64,000 nucleotides of DNA from a virus (taxonomy: Duplodnaviria > Caudoviricetes): positions 1 through 64,000 of IMG/VR virus record IMGVR_UViG_3300011977_000415; one strand, written 5' to 3'. A program made the translations under genes and the position numbers. The stretch's first letter is position 1. The number at the start of each line of letters is the position of its first letter. Below the pieces are notes generated by a model. It saw only the letters and a program-made list of their open reading frames with translations, was not told the origin of the DNA and did not search any database. Of this stretch, positions 45,334 to 55,540 are shown in pieces.

Positions 45334-48300
45334 ATGATAGCATTCATTGATACGGAGGTGAATCCGCAGACGAAGAAGGTGGCGGATTACGGGGCAGTGA
45401 GGGAGGATGGTGCGGTGTTGCACTCTCACTCCAAGGCTGACTTCGATGCCTTTGTGTCAAGATGCGATACAATATGTGGACACAATATCATCAATCATGA
45501 CCTGAAATATACCGCGTTAAGGGGAAATCCGACGATTGTGGATACGCTATTCCTGTCGCCGTTGCTGTTCCCTAAGCGACCTTATCACCACTTGGTAAAG
45601 GACGATAAGTTGCAGGTGGATGAACTGAACAATCCCGTGAATGATGCGATAAAGGCTCGTAACTTGCTGAATGACGAAGTGGCGGCTTGGAATCAGTTAT
45701 CACCCTATAGACAGAAAATCTACTATTACCTGTTGAATGAAACTAAAGAGTTCGGAGGTTTCTTTAAGCATATCGGATATTCGCCAAATGTAAGTTGGAT
45801 ATCATCAATATTTGCATCTAAACCGGATTGGATACAATTAATTCTGAAGGAATACGATGGGAAGATATGCAACCATGCAGACTTCTACACCTTGGTCAAG
45901 CAGTATCCCATAGAGTTGGCCTATTGTTTGGCTGTGATTGGCGCTGACGACATCTTTTCGATAACTCCAGCATGGGTGATACGCAACTATCCACAGGTGG
46001 TGAATGTGATGAACATACTGTGCAATACGTCTTGCGGAGATTGTGAGTATTGTCATCAACGGTTGAATGCGCACTACGGACTGAAAGAGTTCTTTGGTTA
46101 TGGTGAGTTTCGTATTTTTGATGGCGTTCCTATGCAGCAACAAGCTGTGGAGGCGGCCATCCGTGGCGAGTCGTTACTGACGATTTTCCCAACGGGAGGC
46201 GGCAAGTCGCTGACTTTCCAGTTACCCGCTTTGATGGCTGGAAGGAATACACATGGGTTGACCGTAGTTATTTCACCATTACAGTCGCTGATGAAAGACC
46301 AAGTGGACAACCTCGCGGAACGTGGTATTAGCGACGCGGTGACCATCAACGGATTGTTAGACCCTATCGAACGGGCAACTGCTATCGAACAGGTGGCTGA
46401 CGGAACAGCCAATCTGCTCTATATTGCTCCAGAAATGTTGCGTAGCAAGACCATTGAGCGTCTGTTGATGGGACGCCATGTTGTTCGCTTTGTGATAGAT
46501 GAGGCCCACTGCTTCTCTGCATGGGGGCACGATTTCCGTGTGGACTACTTGTATATCGGTGATTTCATTCGCCAGTTGCAAGAAAAAAAACAATTGAAAC
46601 GGCCTATTGCGGTATCGTGTTTTACAGCAACAGCCAAACAAAAGGTTATTAGCGACATTTGTGACTACTTCAGGGCAAAGTTGGGCTTGGAACTGAAAGT
46701 GTTTGCCGCTAATGCTGAGCGTAAAAACCTGCGCTATTCTGTGCTTCACGCTGATACGGCTGATGAGAAATATAACCTATTGCGCTCATTGATTCTTGAT
46801 CATAACTGCCCCTCGATAGTGTATGTTTCTCGTACTCGACGAACCCGTGAATTGGCACAGCATTTGGTCAACGACGGCATACGTGCCTTGCCTTTCAACG
46901 GAAAGATGGAGGCTGCGGAGAAGATTAAGAACCAGAATGCTTTTATGAGTGGCGATGCACAGGTGATTATAGCCACGTCTGCCTTTGGAATGGGGGTTGA
47001 CAAGAAAGACGTAGGGTTGGTGGTTCACTATAACATCAGCGACTCTTTGGAAAATTATGTGCAGGAAGCTGGACGTGCTGGACGAGACCCGCAGATGCAG
47101 GCTGAATGCTTTGTATTGTATGCAGACAGCGACCTCGACAAGCACTTTATTCTCCTTAACCAAACCAAACTTAGTATCAGCGAGATTCAGCAGGTTTGGA
47201 AAGCCATCAAGGATCTTACAGCAAAGCGAGATAAGGTAAGTTGTTCGCCATTGGACATTGCACGCCAGGCTGGATGGGGAGACGAAATAGATGACATAGA
47301 AACCCGAGTGAAAGCTGCCATTGCGGCCCTTGAAGATGCTGGATTCATACAACGTGGCAGTAATTCACCGCATGTGTTTGCTACGGGCATTGCTGTGAAG
47401 AATATGGATGAAGCCCGCCGCAAGCTAACCATCTCACCTCTCTTTGATGAGCAGTCACGCGAGGAAGCAGCTCGTATTATCAAGTCGTTAATAAGTGCTC
47501 GTGCAACAGCTGAAGGAAGAGGTGCTGAGGCTGAAAGTCGGGTTGACTATCTGGCAGACATCCTTGGTATGAACAAGGCGACTGTCATTCGCAATATCAA
47601 TCTGATGCGGCAGAATGGTATTCTAGCTGACAGCCGCGATATGCAGGCATGGATTACCAAGAGTACGACGGTGAGGAACCTTGATACCATACTACGATTG
47701 GAGCAGTTTATGTTACAACAATTTTCAGAAGAATCACGTCGGTTTAACTACAAGGAATTAAATGAGGAGGCTCAGAAGGCCGGAATGACTTACTCCAATG
47801 TCAAACGACTGAGGATGTTACTGCACTTCATGACGCTGAAAGGGTACATTTACAAACAGGAGCACAGCATTACTGGTTATGTCAACATAAGACTTCAGTC
47901 ATCAATGGAGGTAAAAAAAGCTCGATTTGAACGACGGATGGATATTTGCAGGTTTGTCGTGGATCGTTTGAGTACACAAAAAGACAGCAACAAGGATATG
48001 ATACTTATCAACTTTTCTGTTATAGAACTACTCCAGCAGTTCATTGCCAGTCGCCGGGAAACGATGTTTTCGGACAATGATAAGCCCACAATTGCAGACA
48101 TCGAAGAAGCACTGCTATATCTTACCAAAACGGAACTGATGAAGATTGAAGGCGGATTTATCGTTCTCTATAATACCATGCAAATTGGACGTCTCGTAGC
48201 AACACGTACCAGATATGGCAAAGAGCAGTATCGTTTGTTGGATGAATTCTATAAACAACGCATTCGCCAGATTCATATCGTAGGCGAATATGCCAATCTG

Positions 48301-50067
48301 ATGGTTCGTGACTACAATGCAGCGTTGCGTTTCGTCAACGACTACTTTACAATGGACTTCCGCAAGTTCATCAAACAGTATTTCAAAGAAGAACGCAGGG
48401 CGCAGATTGACCAGAACATCACTCCAGCCAAATACAACAAACTCTTTGGCGAACTCTCTAACCGCCAATGCGAGATTATCGACGACAAGGAGTCGAAATA
48501 TATCGTTGTCGCAGCAGGTCCGGGAAGCGGAAAGACGCGGGTACTGGTGCACAAGTTGGCCTCGCTGTTGCTGCTGGAGGATGTGAAGCACGAGCAACTG
48601 TTGATGCTCACTTTCTCAAGAGCTGCGGCAACTGAATTCAAGAAACGACTCATAGAATTGGTGGGTAATGCCGCACATTATGTGGACATCAAGACCTTCC
48701 ATTCCTATAGTTTCGACCTTGTTGGCAAGCAGGGCAGTCTGGATGAGGCGAAAGATGTGGTACGCCTTGCGGCAGAGATGATTGAAAATGGTGAGGTAGA
48801 AGCATCGAAGATTGCCAAGAGCGTGCTTGTCATTGACGAGGCGCAGGATATGGGACAGGATGACTTCCGATTGGTGCAGGCTCTGATGCGCCAGAACGAG
48901 GAGATGCGAGTCGTTGCTGTGGGTGATGACGACCAGAACATCTATGGTTTCCGCGGTTCCGACTCACGATACATGTTGTCGCTCGTCGAGCAAGAAGGTA
49001 CTCAGACTACGATTGGGCGAACACAGAGTGAGCAGGCTCGACCGAAGGTCAAGTTGTATGAGATGACAGACAATTATCGTTCTGCAAAAGCGGTAGTTGA
49101 TTGTGCCAACCGCTATGTACTACGGATACCTGGCCGTTTGAAGCATACTTCCATACAATCAGCGACAGGGGAAGATGGCAAGGTGATGACTTTGAAGTCA
49201 CTTTTAGATGCAGAAATAAAGGTAGAGGGAAGTACCGCGATACTAACCCGTACCAACGAGGAAACAATGCAGGTTGCCTACGAGTTGGGGCAGCGAGGAT
49301 TGCATGCCACAATTGCGCAGTCGTTGGGAGGTTTCCGTTTTGGAAATCTTGCAGAAGTGCGTTACTTCCTTAAACAGTTTGGCGGGAAAGGTGATGTGAC
49401 TCTTTCAAAGGAGAGGTGGCAAGAAGCCAAACAGCGTACACTGGAAACCTATGCGGCAAGTTCTTGTCTCAGTATTATGCGGCATTTCTTTTCAGACTTC
49501 GAGATAACGCACAAATTCTATTATCGTAGTGATTTGCGTGAATACATCTTTGAGTCGAATATTGAAGATTTCATTGCAGCTGATGATAAGTCTGTATTTG
49601 TGAGCACTATCCACAAAGCAAAGGGTCGTGAGTTTGATACTGTGTATCTCTTGTCGCCAATACCTGATGGGAGGGATATCAATGATATGCGGACTTATTA
49701 CGTGGGGCTCACTCGTGCAAAACGAAACCTGTATCTTGTTACGAATCCTCCCAAGGAGTATTCATCAATATCCATTGCATTGAATATGCATGATGTCTGG
49801 CTTGACTTCTTCAAGGAGCGCAAGAATGTTGTGCTTCGTCTCAGAAGCGGTGACAGTTTGCAATACAAGGATGGCTATTTATTAAATGAAGATGGCATCA
49901 ATGTCGCGGCGCTCTCTGTCTCTGGCAAGGATAAATTGAAAGCCTGGACGGATAAAGGCTATGAGGTGACAAGTGCGAATGTGATTTATACGTTGGCTTG
50001 GAAGCCCCAAAACTATAATACGGAATATGCAGTTTGTTTGGCAAATGTGGTCTTATCTAAAAAATAA
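45334..50067 (+). CDS. RecQ-family helicase fused to an N-terminal DEDD-like domain and a C-terminal UvrD-like SF1 helicase
   Basis: FIDTE/GHNI..HD; PTGGGKS, DEAHC.S.WGHDFR, QEAGRAGRD (RecQ); AGPGSGKT, DEAQD, VGDDDQNIY.FRG, NYRS, TIHKAKGREF, YVGLTRAK (UvrD). Confidence 0.9.
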   Translation: MIAFIDTEVNPQTKKVADYGAVREDGAVLHSHSKADFDAFVSRCDTICGHNIINHDLKYTALRGNPTIVDTLFLSPLLFPKRPYHHLVKDDKLQVDELNNPVNDAIKARNLLNDEVAAWNQLSPYRQKIYYYLLNETKEFGGFFKHIGYSPNVSWISSIFASKPDWIQLILKEYDGKICNHADFYTLVKQYPIELAYCLAVIGADDIFSITPAWVIRNYPQVVNVMNILCNTSCGDCEYCHQRLNAHYGLKEFFGYGEFRIFDGVPMQQQAVEAAIRGESLLTIFPTGGGKSLTFQLPALMAGRNTHGLTVVISPLQSLMKDQVDNLAERGISDAVTINGLLDPIERATAIEQVADGTANLLYIAPEMLRSKTIERLLMGRHVVRFVIDEAHCFSAWGHDFRVDYLYIGDFIRQLQEKKQLKRPIAVSCFTATAKQKVISDICDYFRAKLGLELKVFAANAERKNLRYSVLHADTADEKYNLLRSLILDHNCPSIVYVSRTRRTRELAQHLVNDGIRALPFNGKMEAAEKIKNQNAFMSGDAQVIIATSAFGMGVDKKDVGLVVHYNISDSLENYVQEAGRAGRDPQMQAECFVLYADSDLDKHFILLNQTKLSISEIQQVWKAIKDLTAKRDKVSCSPLDIARQAGWGDEIDDIETRVKAAIAALEDAGFIQRGSNSPHVFATGIAVKNMDEARRKLTISPLFDEQSREEAARIIKSLISARATAEGRGAEAESRVDYLADILGMNKATVIRNINLMRQNGILADSRDMQAWITKSTTVRNLDTILRLEQFMLQQFSEESRRFNYKELNEEAQKAGMTYSNVKRLRMLLHFMTLKGYIYKQEHSITGYVNIRLQSSMEVKKARFERRMDICRFVVDRLSTQKDSNKDMILINFSVIELLQQFIASRRETMFSDNDKPTIADIEEALLYLTKTELMKIEGGFIVLYNTMQIGRLVATRTRYGKEQYRLLDEFYKQRIRQIHIVGEYANLMVRDYNAALRFVNDYFTMDFRKFIKQYFKEERRAQIDQNITPAKYNKLFGELSNRQCEIIDDKESKYIVVAAGPGSGKTRVLVHKLASLLLLEDVKHEQLLMLTFSRAAATEFKKRLIELVGNAAHYVDIKTFHSYSFDLVGKQGSLDEAKDVVRLAAEMIENGEVEASKIAKSVLVIDEAQDMGQDDFRLVQALMRQNEEMRVVAVGDDDQNIYGFRGSDSRYMLSLVEQEGTQTTIGRTQSEQARPKVKLYEMTDNYRSAKAVVDCANRYVLRIPGRLKHTSIQSATGEDGKVMTLKSLLDAEIKVEGSTAILTRTNEETMQVAYELGQRGLHATIAQSLGGFRFGNLAEVRYFLKQFGGKGDVTLSKERWQEAKQRTLETYAASSCLSIMRHFFSDFEITHKFYYRSDLREYIFESNIEDFIAADDKSVFVSTIHKAKGREFDTVYLLSPIPDGRDINDMRTYYVGLTRAKRNLYLVTNPPKEYSSISIALNMHDVWLDFFKERKNVVLRLRSGDSLQYKDGYLLNEDGINVAALSVSGKDKLKAWTDKGYEVTSANVIYTLAWKPQNYNTEYAVCLANVVLSKK

Positions 50068-50300
50068 AAATTCCCCAGGAAGAAACACTTCTCATCTACT
50101 CTTCTTGGGATGGTTATTACAAGGATCCAGAGCAGGTGAAAGCCAACCCAAAGTACAAGGAGTTCCGTGAAATGTTCCACAATGTTGTGGACATCCACAC
50201 ATCTGGCCATGCAGACCGCCAGACAATCGAGAAAGTAATCAAAACAGTTAATCCAAAAGAAGTTATCTGCATTCACAAGGAGGCAGATGCAAAAATATAA
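50068..50300 (+). pseudogene. C-terminal fragment of a beta-CASP/RNase J-like MBL hydrolase
   Basis: Translated by hand: ...LIYSSWDGYY...IHTSGHADRQTIEKVIKTVNPKEVICIH; no start or N-terminus. Confidence 0.7.
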
Positions 50301-50324
50301 GTAAGTGTACAGAATTAAATTGAT

Positions 50325-51137
50325 ATGGAAAGACAGTTGTTAAAAGACACGTGTGTTCGAGAAAATGGAGGAAGTCGCTATGCCGAATTATTTTGCAGCC
50401 TCTCTAAACTACACGAGGATGAACTTGATGATGGGAGTGGTAATGCATTAGAAGAATTCAAGTACATTGATTCCTCTACTGCATTGGGAGTCAACTTCTT
50501 TCTTCTGTATGAACAAATTCATCCTAAAGCCAATATAATTTTCGAGTGGGATAAAAGTTCTCCGTTGAAGGTCGGTGGCAAATCAAATATAGACATTAGA
50601 GTACAAGAAGACAAGATAATCACTTTTTACGAGTCAAAATTTCTTGAACCATATTATATGTGCAATTCACGGTTCACAGAATCTTACTCCCTAAAAGAGA
50701 ACTACTATGACCACTGGAAGTTTACTGACGAAGAACTGGTAAGTATATTAAGGGATTTTCAGTCTTTCACTTATTATAATGCATCACAGTTATTCCGTCA
50801 TCTGCTTGCAATAGTAAATCATATTGTACATAATAAGGATCTTTATAAGGACATTACATCAGTTGTCCTAAATAGCATCTCATGGAAAATGGAAGATGAA
50901 TACCTTAACCTGCTTAATCTGTCACGCAGGTCAAGAAGTTATGCAATCAAACGGATGAACATCCTTAAACAAGAAGAAACGGATGTTAAAGATATGATTC
51001 AAAGATTTATAGATCATTATGTCACAGATATTATTCCAAAGGATATAACATTGTCATTTGAGACAAGCACGTACAATAACAATGTTAGTTTGATTAATAA
51101 CCATAAAGAGTTCAAAAACCGTTATTTCATACGATGA
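50325..51137 (+). CDS. PD-(D/E)XK restriction-endonuclease-like protein
   Basis: SSTALGVNFF, FEW, SNIDI, ESKFLE, QL.RHLL. Confidence 0.65.
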   Translation: MERQLLKDTCVRENGGSRYAELFCSLSKLHEDELDDGSGNALEEFKYIDSSTALGVNFFLLYEQIHPKANIIFEWDKSSPLKVGGKSNIDIRVQEDKIITFYESKFLEPYYMCNSRFTESYSLKENYYDHWKFTDEELVSILRDFQSFTYYNASQLFRHLLAIVNHIVHNKDLYKDITSVVLNSISWKMEDEYLNLLNLSRRSRSYAIKRMNILKQEETDVKDMIQRFIDHYVTDIIPKDITLSFETSTYNNNVSLINNHKEFKNRYFIR

Positions 51138-51703
51138 AAATTCTTCAAATCTCAGACACCCACAACAGACATAATGAACTGACCAATCTTCCAGAAGCTG
51201 ATGTTATCATCCATTGTGGCGACTTCACAGAACAAGGCACAGAGGAAGAGGTTCTTGACTTCTTGAATTGGTTTATAGAATTGCCTTACAAGCACAAGAT
51301 ATTCATCACCGGAAATCATGATTTGTGTCTATGGGACGCAGAAGGTATCGAAGACCTTCCTGAAAACGTTCACTTCCTCCAGGATCGAGGATGTGAAATA
51401 GAGGGGATTCAATTCTTCGGACTTGCATACAATCACCCAGAAAGGCACATTCCCAATGAAGAAATAGATGTCCTTGTGACCCATGAACCGCCCGTAATGA
51501 TCCTTGATGAATCATCGGGAACCCATTGGGGCAATGCACCTCTAAGGAACAGAGTGTTTGAGATTAAGCCCAAGTATCACTTGTTTGGTCATGCACACGA
51601 TGCTTTTGGCACAGAAAAGCAAGAAGGAATTGTCTTTTCGAATGCTGCCATGCTCGATGACAATTATAAATCTCGACGAAAAGGCAAACTTTTTATTTTA
51701 TAA
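51134..51703 (+). CDS. calcineurin-like metallophosphoesterase
   Basis: SDTH, HCGD, GNHD, THEPP, FGHAH. Confidence 0.9.
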   Translation: MKILQISDTHNRHNELTNLPEADVIIHCGDFTEQGTEEEVLDFLNWFIELPYKHKIFITGNHDLCLWDAEGIEDLPENVHFLQDRGCEIEGIQFFGLAYNHPERHIPNEEIDVLVTHEPPVMILDESSGTHWGNAPLRNRVFEIKPKYHLFGHAHDAFGTEKQEGIVFSNAAMLDDNYKSRRKGKLFIL

Positions 51704-51706
51704 CGA

Positions 51707-51749
51707 AGAAGCAGACATCTGGTAATACAATCAGCCAAATGTCTGCTTC
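51707..51749. terminator. bidirectional terminator
   Basis: gaagcagacat...atgtctgcttc between convergent genes. Confidence 0.7.
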
Positions 51750-51755
51750 CTTGCT

Positions 51756-52934
51756 TTAGTATAACAATCCAAAGCTCCACAAAGGTAGGAACTGTCCGCT
51801 TGCATATTCCGTATCATCACGGACGATGTAAGCGTTCTCCACGTCCTTTACCTGCTTCAGTCCTTTCTTCTTGCCACCCACCTCAAAGGTGTATTCACCA
51901 ATCTGGAAGTCTGACACTTTGGAAGAGATCACTTCCTGGTTCAGTCTTGTCTGATTGAAGAAGAAGGTCTCGCGGACATTACCGATGTTGGCGTTCTCAC
52001 CGGTCATGGTATATATCATATTGGTATTGTCAAGATATACCTTCTCGGTCTTGCCCAATCCACGCATACCACCTGTGCAATCACGGAGCTGTCCGATCAT
52101 TCCTGCTTTCTCCATATACAGCAGGTAATTCGGAATATCGTTGCGACTAACCTTTATCTCATTGGCAAGGGATGATGCCTCTGGCTTGTAAGGAACATTG
52201 CTTGCGATGATGCCAAGCATACGGCGAAGTTTTCTGCCTGTTGCAGGTGTCATGTTGGCATACTGCGGTATGTCAACCTCCATGGTCAGACGGATTACCT
52301 GCTGAAGGCGCTGCTGGAAGTAGCCTTCGAGTGAGAAAGGATAATATCCCTCGCGAAGATACTGCTCGAACAAAGGAAGAGGATGCTCTACTCCTTCTAT
52401 CTGTACCTTGCCCTCCAGGACTTCCTTTAAGGAACGTACTGGAGTCTTTATGCCATGGAACAGTTCAAGGAACTCACGGAACGAAAGACCCTGCATGTCG
52501 TTGAGAAGAACACGACGGCTAAGGTCGGCTTCACCTTCCAGAATATCCAGAACGGAGGAACCTGTGAAGAACACATGAAGTTTTGGATGGGAGTCGTAGA
52601 TCTGCTTCAGTTCTGTCGACCATCCCTCGTACTTGTGAACCTCGTCGATGTAAAGCCATTCTCCACCCTCACGGACAAACTGGGCTGCAGTGTCTATGAG
52701 CGTGTGGGTTGAGAAATAACTGTGGTCAGCCGAAACATACAGGCTTTTATCCTGGATGTCCTCGGCTTGCTCCTTGATGTGCTGGAGAACCATCGTGGAC
52801 TTTCCTACACCACGAGGTCCCATCAGACCGACAAGTCTTGCCTCCCATGGCAGCTTGTCATACATATAACGCTTGAAGTCAGTTGAAACGAGGTTCAGCT
52901 GTTCCTTCATAAATTCAGTCAATGTCAAATCCAT
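51756..52934 (-). CDS. AAA_14 family ATP-binding protein
   Basis: GPRGVGKS, IDEVHKY, FTGSS, DLSRR, RETFF, FEVGGK. Confidence 0.9.
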   Translation of the reverse strand: MDLTLTEFMKEQLNLVSTDFKRYMYDKLPWEARLVGLMGPRGVGKSTMVLQHIKEQAEDIQDKSLYVSADHSYFSTHTLIDTAAQFVREGGEWLYIDEVHKYEGWSTELKQIYDSHPKLHVFFTGSSVLDILEGEADLSRRVLLNDMQGLSFREFLELFHGIKTPVRSLKEVLEGKVQIEGVEHPLPLFEQYLREGYYPFSLEGYFQQRLQQVIRLTMEVDIPQYANMTPATGRKLRRMLGIIASNVPYKPEASSLANEIKVSRNDIPNYLLYMEKAGMIGQLRDCTGGMRGLGKTEKVYLDNTNMIYTMTGENANIGNVRETFFFNQTRLNQEVISSKVSDFQIGEYTFEVGGKKKGLKQVKDVENAYIVRDDTEYASGQFLPLWSFGLLY

Positions 52935-52950
52935 AGTAGAATGTATTTAG

Positions 52951-53035
52951 ATGCACCTTGAAAAGTGCAAGTTTAACCTCAATATGCACGATGGGAAGCG
53001 CAGATTAAAACACAATATGCACTCTCCAAGGTGCA
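52951..53035. repeat. three TGCAC-N8-G(T/C)GCA palindromes at exact 33-bp period
   Basis: ATGCAC starts at 52951, 52984 and 53017. Confidence 0.8.
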
Positions 53036-53211
53036 AATTTAGCACTTTTGAGTTAAATAACCAAGCAAAATCATGTCAAAACACTTTGTTTTATAGAAAA
53101 TTAGCATAGAAACTGTCAATACAGATTGACAACAGGTACTACCCCCTATAAATGATACTTTATAAGGCTTGATGATACCCTAATTTTTGGGTGTTTAATT
53201 GGGTGTAAAAA

Positions 53212-53238
53212 AAAACTCGCTGAAAATCAGCGAGTTTT
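53212..53238 (-). terminator. terminator downstream of the tRNA 3' end remnant
   Basis: aaaactcgctga-aaa-tcagcgagtttt, with a T-tract on the minus strand. Confidence 0.75.
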
Positions 53239-53251
53239 GCGGAGAGAGAGG
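53238..53251 (-). other. prophage att core = duplicated 3' end of a tRNA-Ser
   Basis: Minus strand CCTCTCTCTCCGCA matches a typical tRNA-Ser acceptor end; flanked by a terminator and an integrase; no GTTCGAA T-loop upstream. Confidence 0.65.
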
Positions 53252-53369
53252 AAGCGTAACCCATGAGTTTACACAATCCCAATGCGTGCCACAATGCCGT
53301 AAAACCTTGATTTGATGTTTTGTTGTGGTGTTTTATAGTGCCACACAATACCATATTTGCCCCGAAAAA

Positions 53370-53420
53370 TCGTGTACATTTTCGTGTACGTGGTTTTTTG
53401 GGGCTTTTTTCGTGTACATT
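53370..53420. repeat. TCGTGTAC repeats, probable integrase arm-type sites
   Basis: Three copies between att and the integrase 3' end. Confidence 0.5.
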
Positions 53421-53421
53421 G

Positions 53422-54696
53422 TCATAAATCATTGAATCGCGACATCGCACGTTCTTTCAGTTCATCAACAATCGCCATGTATGGTTTCATGGCTTTCATG
53501 TCGGCGTGTCCCGTCCATTTCATTATCACCTCGGACGGGATGCCAAGTTGCAACGCCGTAACAACAAACGTGCGCCGCCCGCAATGGGTGGTGAGCAACG
53601 CCCATTTCGGCATCACTTGTTCGATTCGTTCGTTCCCTTGGAAATAAACAATCCGGATGGGTTCATCAATTCCGCATACTTGCCCCAAGATTTTCAAACG
53701 GGCGTTCATTTTCACGTTCGATATTACAGGCAACGCCAAACCATCCTTGATGTCATCATCCTTGTATTTGTCCAATATCGCCTTGGCGTGGTCGTTCAAT
53801 TCGATGCGCAACCCATCATGCGTTTTTTGCGTTACCACATCAAAAAAGCCATCCTTGATGTCGGTGCGTTTGAGTTTGGCAACATCCGAATATCGCAATC
53901 CGGTGAAGCAGCAGAACAAGAACACATCCCGGACGCGCGCAAGGCTTGATTGTGTGGGCGCGAATTGCCATGATTCAAGGCGCGATATTTCATCACGGGT
54001 TAAGTAAATGATTTCCTTGTTCCCGTCCACGCCTTTCATCTTTGGTTTGAACGTGTCATGCAAATTGCCGGGGTAATACCCTTTTTTCGCCGCCCATCGC
54101 AAAAACCACCGCAAGAACGAAAGGTTCTTGGAAATGGTGGTGTTCCGCAAATCCTTTCGGAGCAATGAATCAACGTAACCTTGCAATTTGCGTTCGGTCA
54201 ATGCCGGGAACGAAATATTTGGGTCGTATTCATAAAGATGTCGCCGGAGGGCGGCAAACTTTTCGTGTGTTGAATCCGTCCATTGATTACGTTTGCCCAT
54301 TTCATCCGTGAATAGGTCGTAAACCTTGAAGAAGTTATCATTGCAAGATGGCAAATCGGCATTCGTTTTTGTCTTGCGTCCAACCATATCATTGAACAAA
54401 TCCTTGATTTCGCCCGGCGTTGGTGTGCGCTTTTCAAGCAGTTCATAACGGGCGATGATTTCATTCACCACCGATTGCCATTCATCAATGGTGCGGTTAA
54501 TGGCATCGGCATTCGGTGATGATGGCAGCGCGCGCCCTGTGGCGGCATCCCAATCATCGGCATCAATGTTTTGCCCCAATGGAAAATCCAATGGGCGTTC
54601 GCCGTGCAACGTTATGCGCATACGGATGGCAAGGTTCTTTGATTGCCCGGCGGTGCGCTTGTGCAACAAGAATCTTATTGTTCGTTTGATGTGCAT
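53422..54696 (-). CDS. int: tyrosine integrase
   Basis: Arm-binding N-terminus; TGLRYSD, KT, HCGRRTF, TGH, Y catalytic residues. Confidence 0.95.
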   Translation of the reverse strand: MHIKRTIRFLLHKRTAGQSKNLAIRMRITLHGERPLDFPLGQNIDADDWDAATGRALPSSPNADAINRTIDEWQSVVNEIIARYELLEKRTPTPGEIKDLFNDMVGRKTKTNADLPSCNDNFFKVYDLFTDEMGKRNQWTDSTHEKFAALRRHLYEYDPNISFPALTERKLQGYVDSLLRKDLRNTTISKNLSFLRWFLRWAAKKGYYPGNLHDTFKPKMKGVDGNKEIIYLTRDEISRLESWQFAPTQSSLARVRDVFLFCCFTGLRYSDVAKLKRTDIKDGFFDVVTQKTHDGLRIELNDHAKAILDKYKDDDIKDGLALPVISNVKMNARLKILGQVCGIDEPIRIVYFQGNERIEQVMPKWALLTTHCGRRTFVVTALQLGIPSEVIMKWTGHADMKAMKPYMAIVDELKERAMSRFNDL

Positions 54697-54977
54697 GGTT
54701 GTTCAATATACATTTCGCCAACGCCAAGAAGCAGCCACGCCGGATTCACGCCGAAATCCAAGCAGATGCCCGAAAGCGCGTCAAGGTCAATAATTCGGTA
54801 TGTCATCGCGTCCGTTCCCATCGTGTTTCTTATACAACTGTATTTTGTGCGGTTCAAATTATGTTTCCGGCAAAATCCACGCAATCCCAACGTTTTGCCG
54901 GATTCAACCGCATTGTCAAGGGCTTGAAAGAACCTTGCTTGTATGGCTTGGGATTCGGGGCTAATATTCTTTTTCAT
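54675..54977 (-). CDS. phage hypothetical (HTH-like) protein
   Basis: RFF.AL, FC....L, GVNPAWLLLG.G.M. Confidence 0.6.
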   Translation of the reverse strand: MKKNISPESQAIQARFFQALDNAVESGKTLGLRGFCRKHNLNRTKYSCIRNTMGTDAMTYRIIDLDALSGICLDFGVNPAWLLLGVGEMYIEQPCTSNEQ

Positions 54978-55540
54978 CGCGCGTGCGTGCGTATATTATC
55001 AATAATGATATGGAACACCGGGTAACTTATCAAATAGGCGTTATCGGCATTTATTTGCGCCGAAAGCGTGCCTTGTTGAAGTACATTGCCGGAGAAAACA
55101 ACACGTTCAAGGTTGCCGATGCCCGCAAGCCTTTGGAAAACGGAATCGGTGGCGGCATCATCCGCCTTGCAATAATACGAAGCATCAAACGTTATTTGTG
55201 GCTTGGCATCAATTCCGTTGATGAGTTTGAACGAAACGTGTTTGTATGTGGTATCGTTCACCACAACATCATCCACGCGCAAACCTTGCAACAGGGCATC
55301 GAACCCATCAGCACGACCATCCCGGAACAAGGATTGCAAATCGCGTTGGTAATCACCAAACAGTTGCGCTTCCTTTATGGGGTTAAATGTGGTGTCCGCA
55401 ACCGCGCAATAATGCTGAATGATTGAATCCATTCGGCATTGCCTTTCGCATTCATGCGCCGGGCGTGGTGCGTTGTGTGTGCATGAGCATTGCAACACCA
55501 ATGCAAATGCAGCCAAAAGAAGTTTCATTTGCCTTGCCAT
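54974..55540 (-). CDS. phage lipoprotein
   Basis: Hydrophobic N-terminus and CSC lipobox-like motif; lysogeny-side location. Confidence 0.6.
   Translation of the reverse strand: MARQMKLLLAAFALVLQCSCTHNAPRPAHECERQCRMDSIIQHYCAVADTTFNPIKEAQLFGDYQRDLQSLFRDGRADGFDALLQGLRVDDVVVNDTTYKHVSFKLINGIDAKPQITFDASYYCKADDAATDSVFQRLAGIGNLERVVFSGNVLQQGTLSAQINADNAYLISYPVFHIIIDNIRTHAR

Noticed and set aside
50058-50300. Programmed frameshift fusing RecQ-UvrD to the MBL segment
   Set aside because: Only A6 with no canonical slippery heptamer, and the segment is a non-catalytic C-terminal fragment; better explained as a deletion remnant
52951-53035. Mini CRISPR array
   Set aside because: 33-bp period with 8-nt variable centres is far too short for repeat plus spacer, and there are no cas genes in the window
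53238-53330. Complete tRNA gene
   Set aside because: Only the 3' ~14 nt match; no T-loop or cloverleaf upstream
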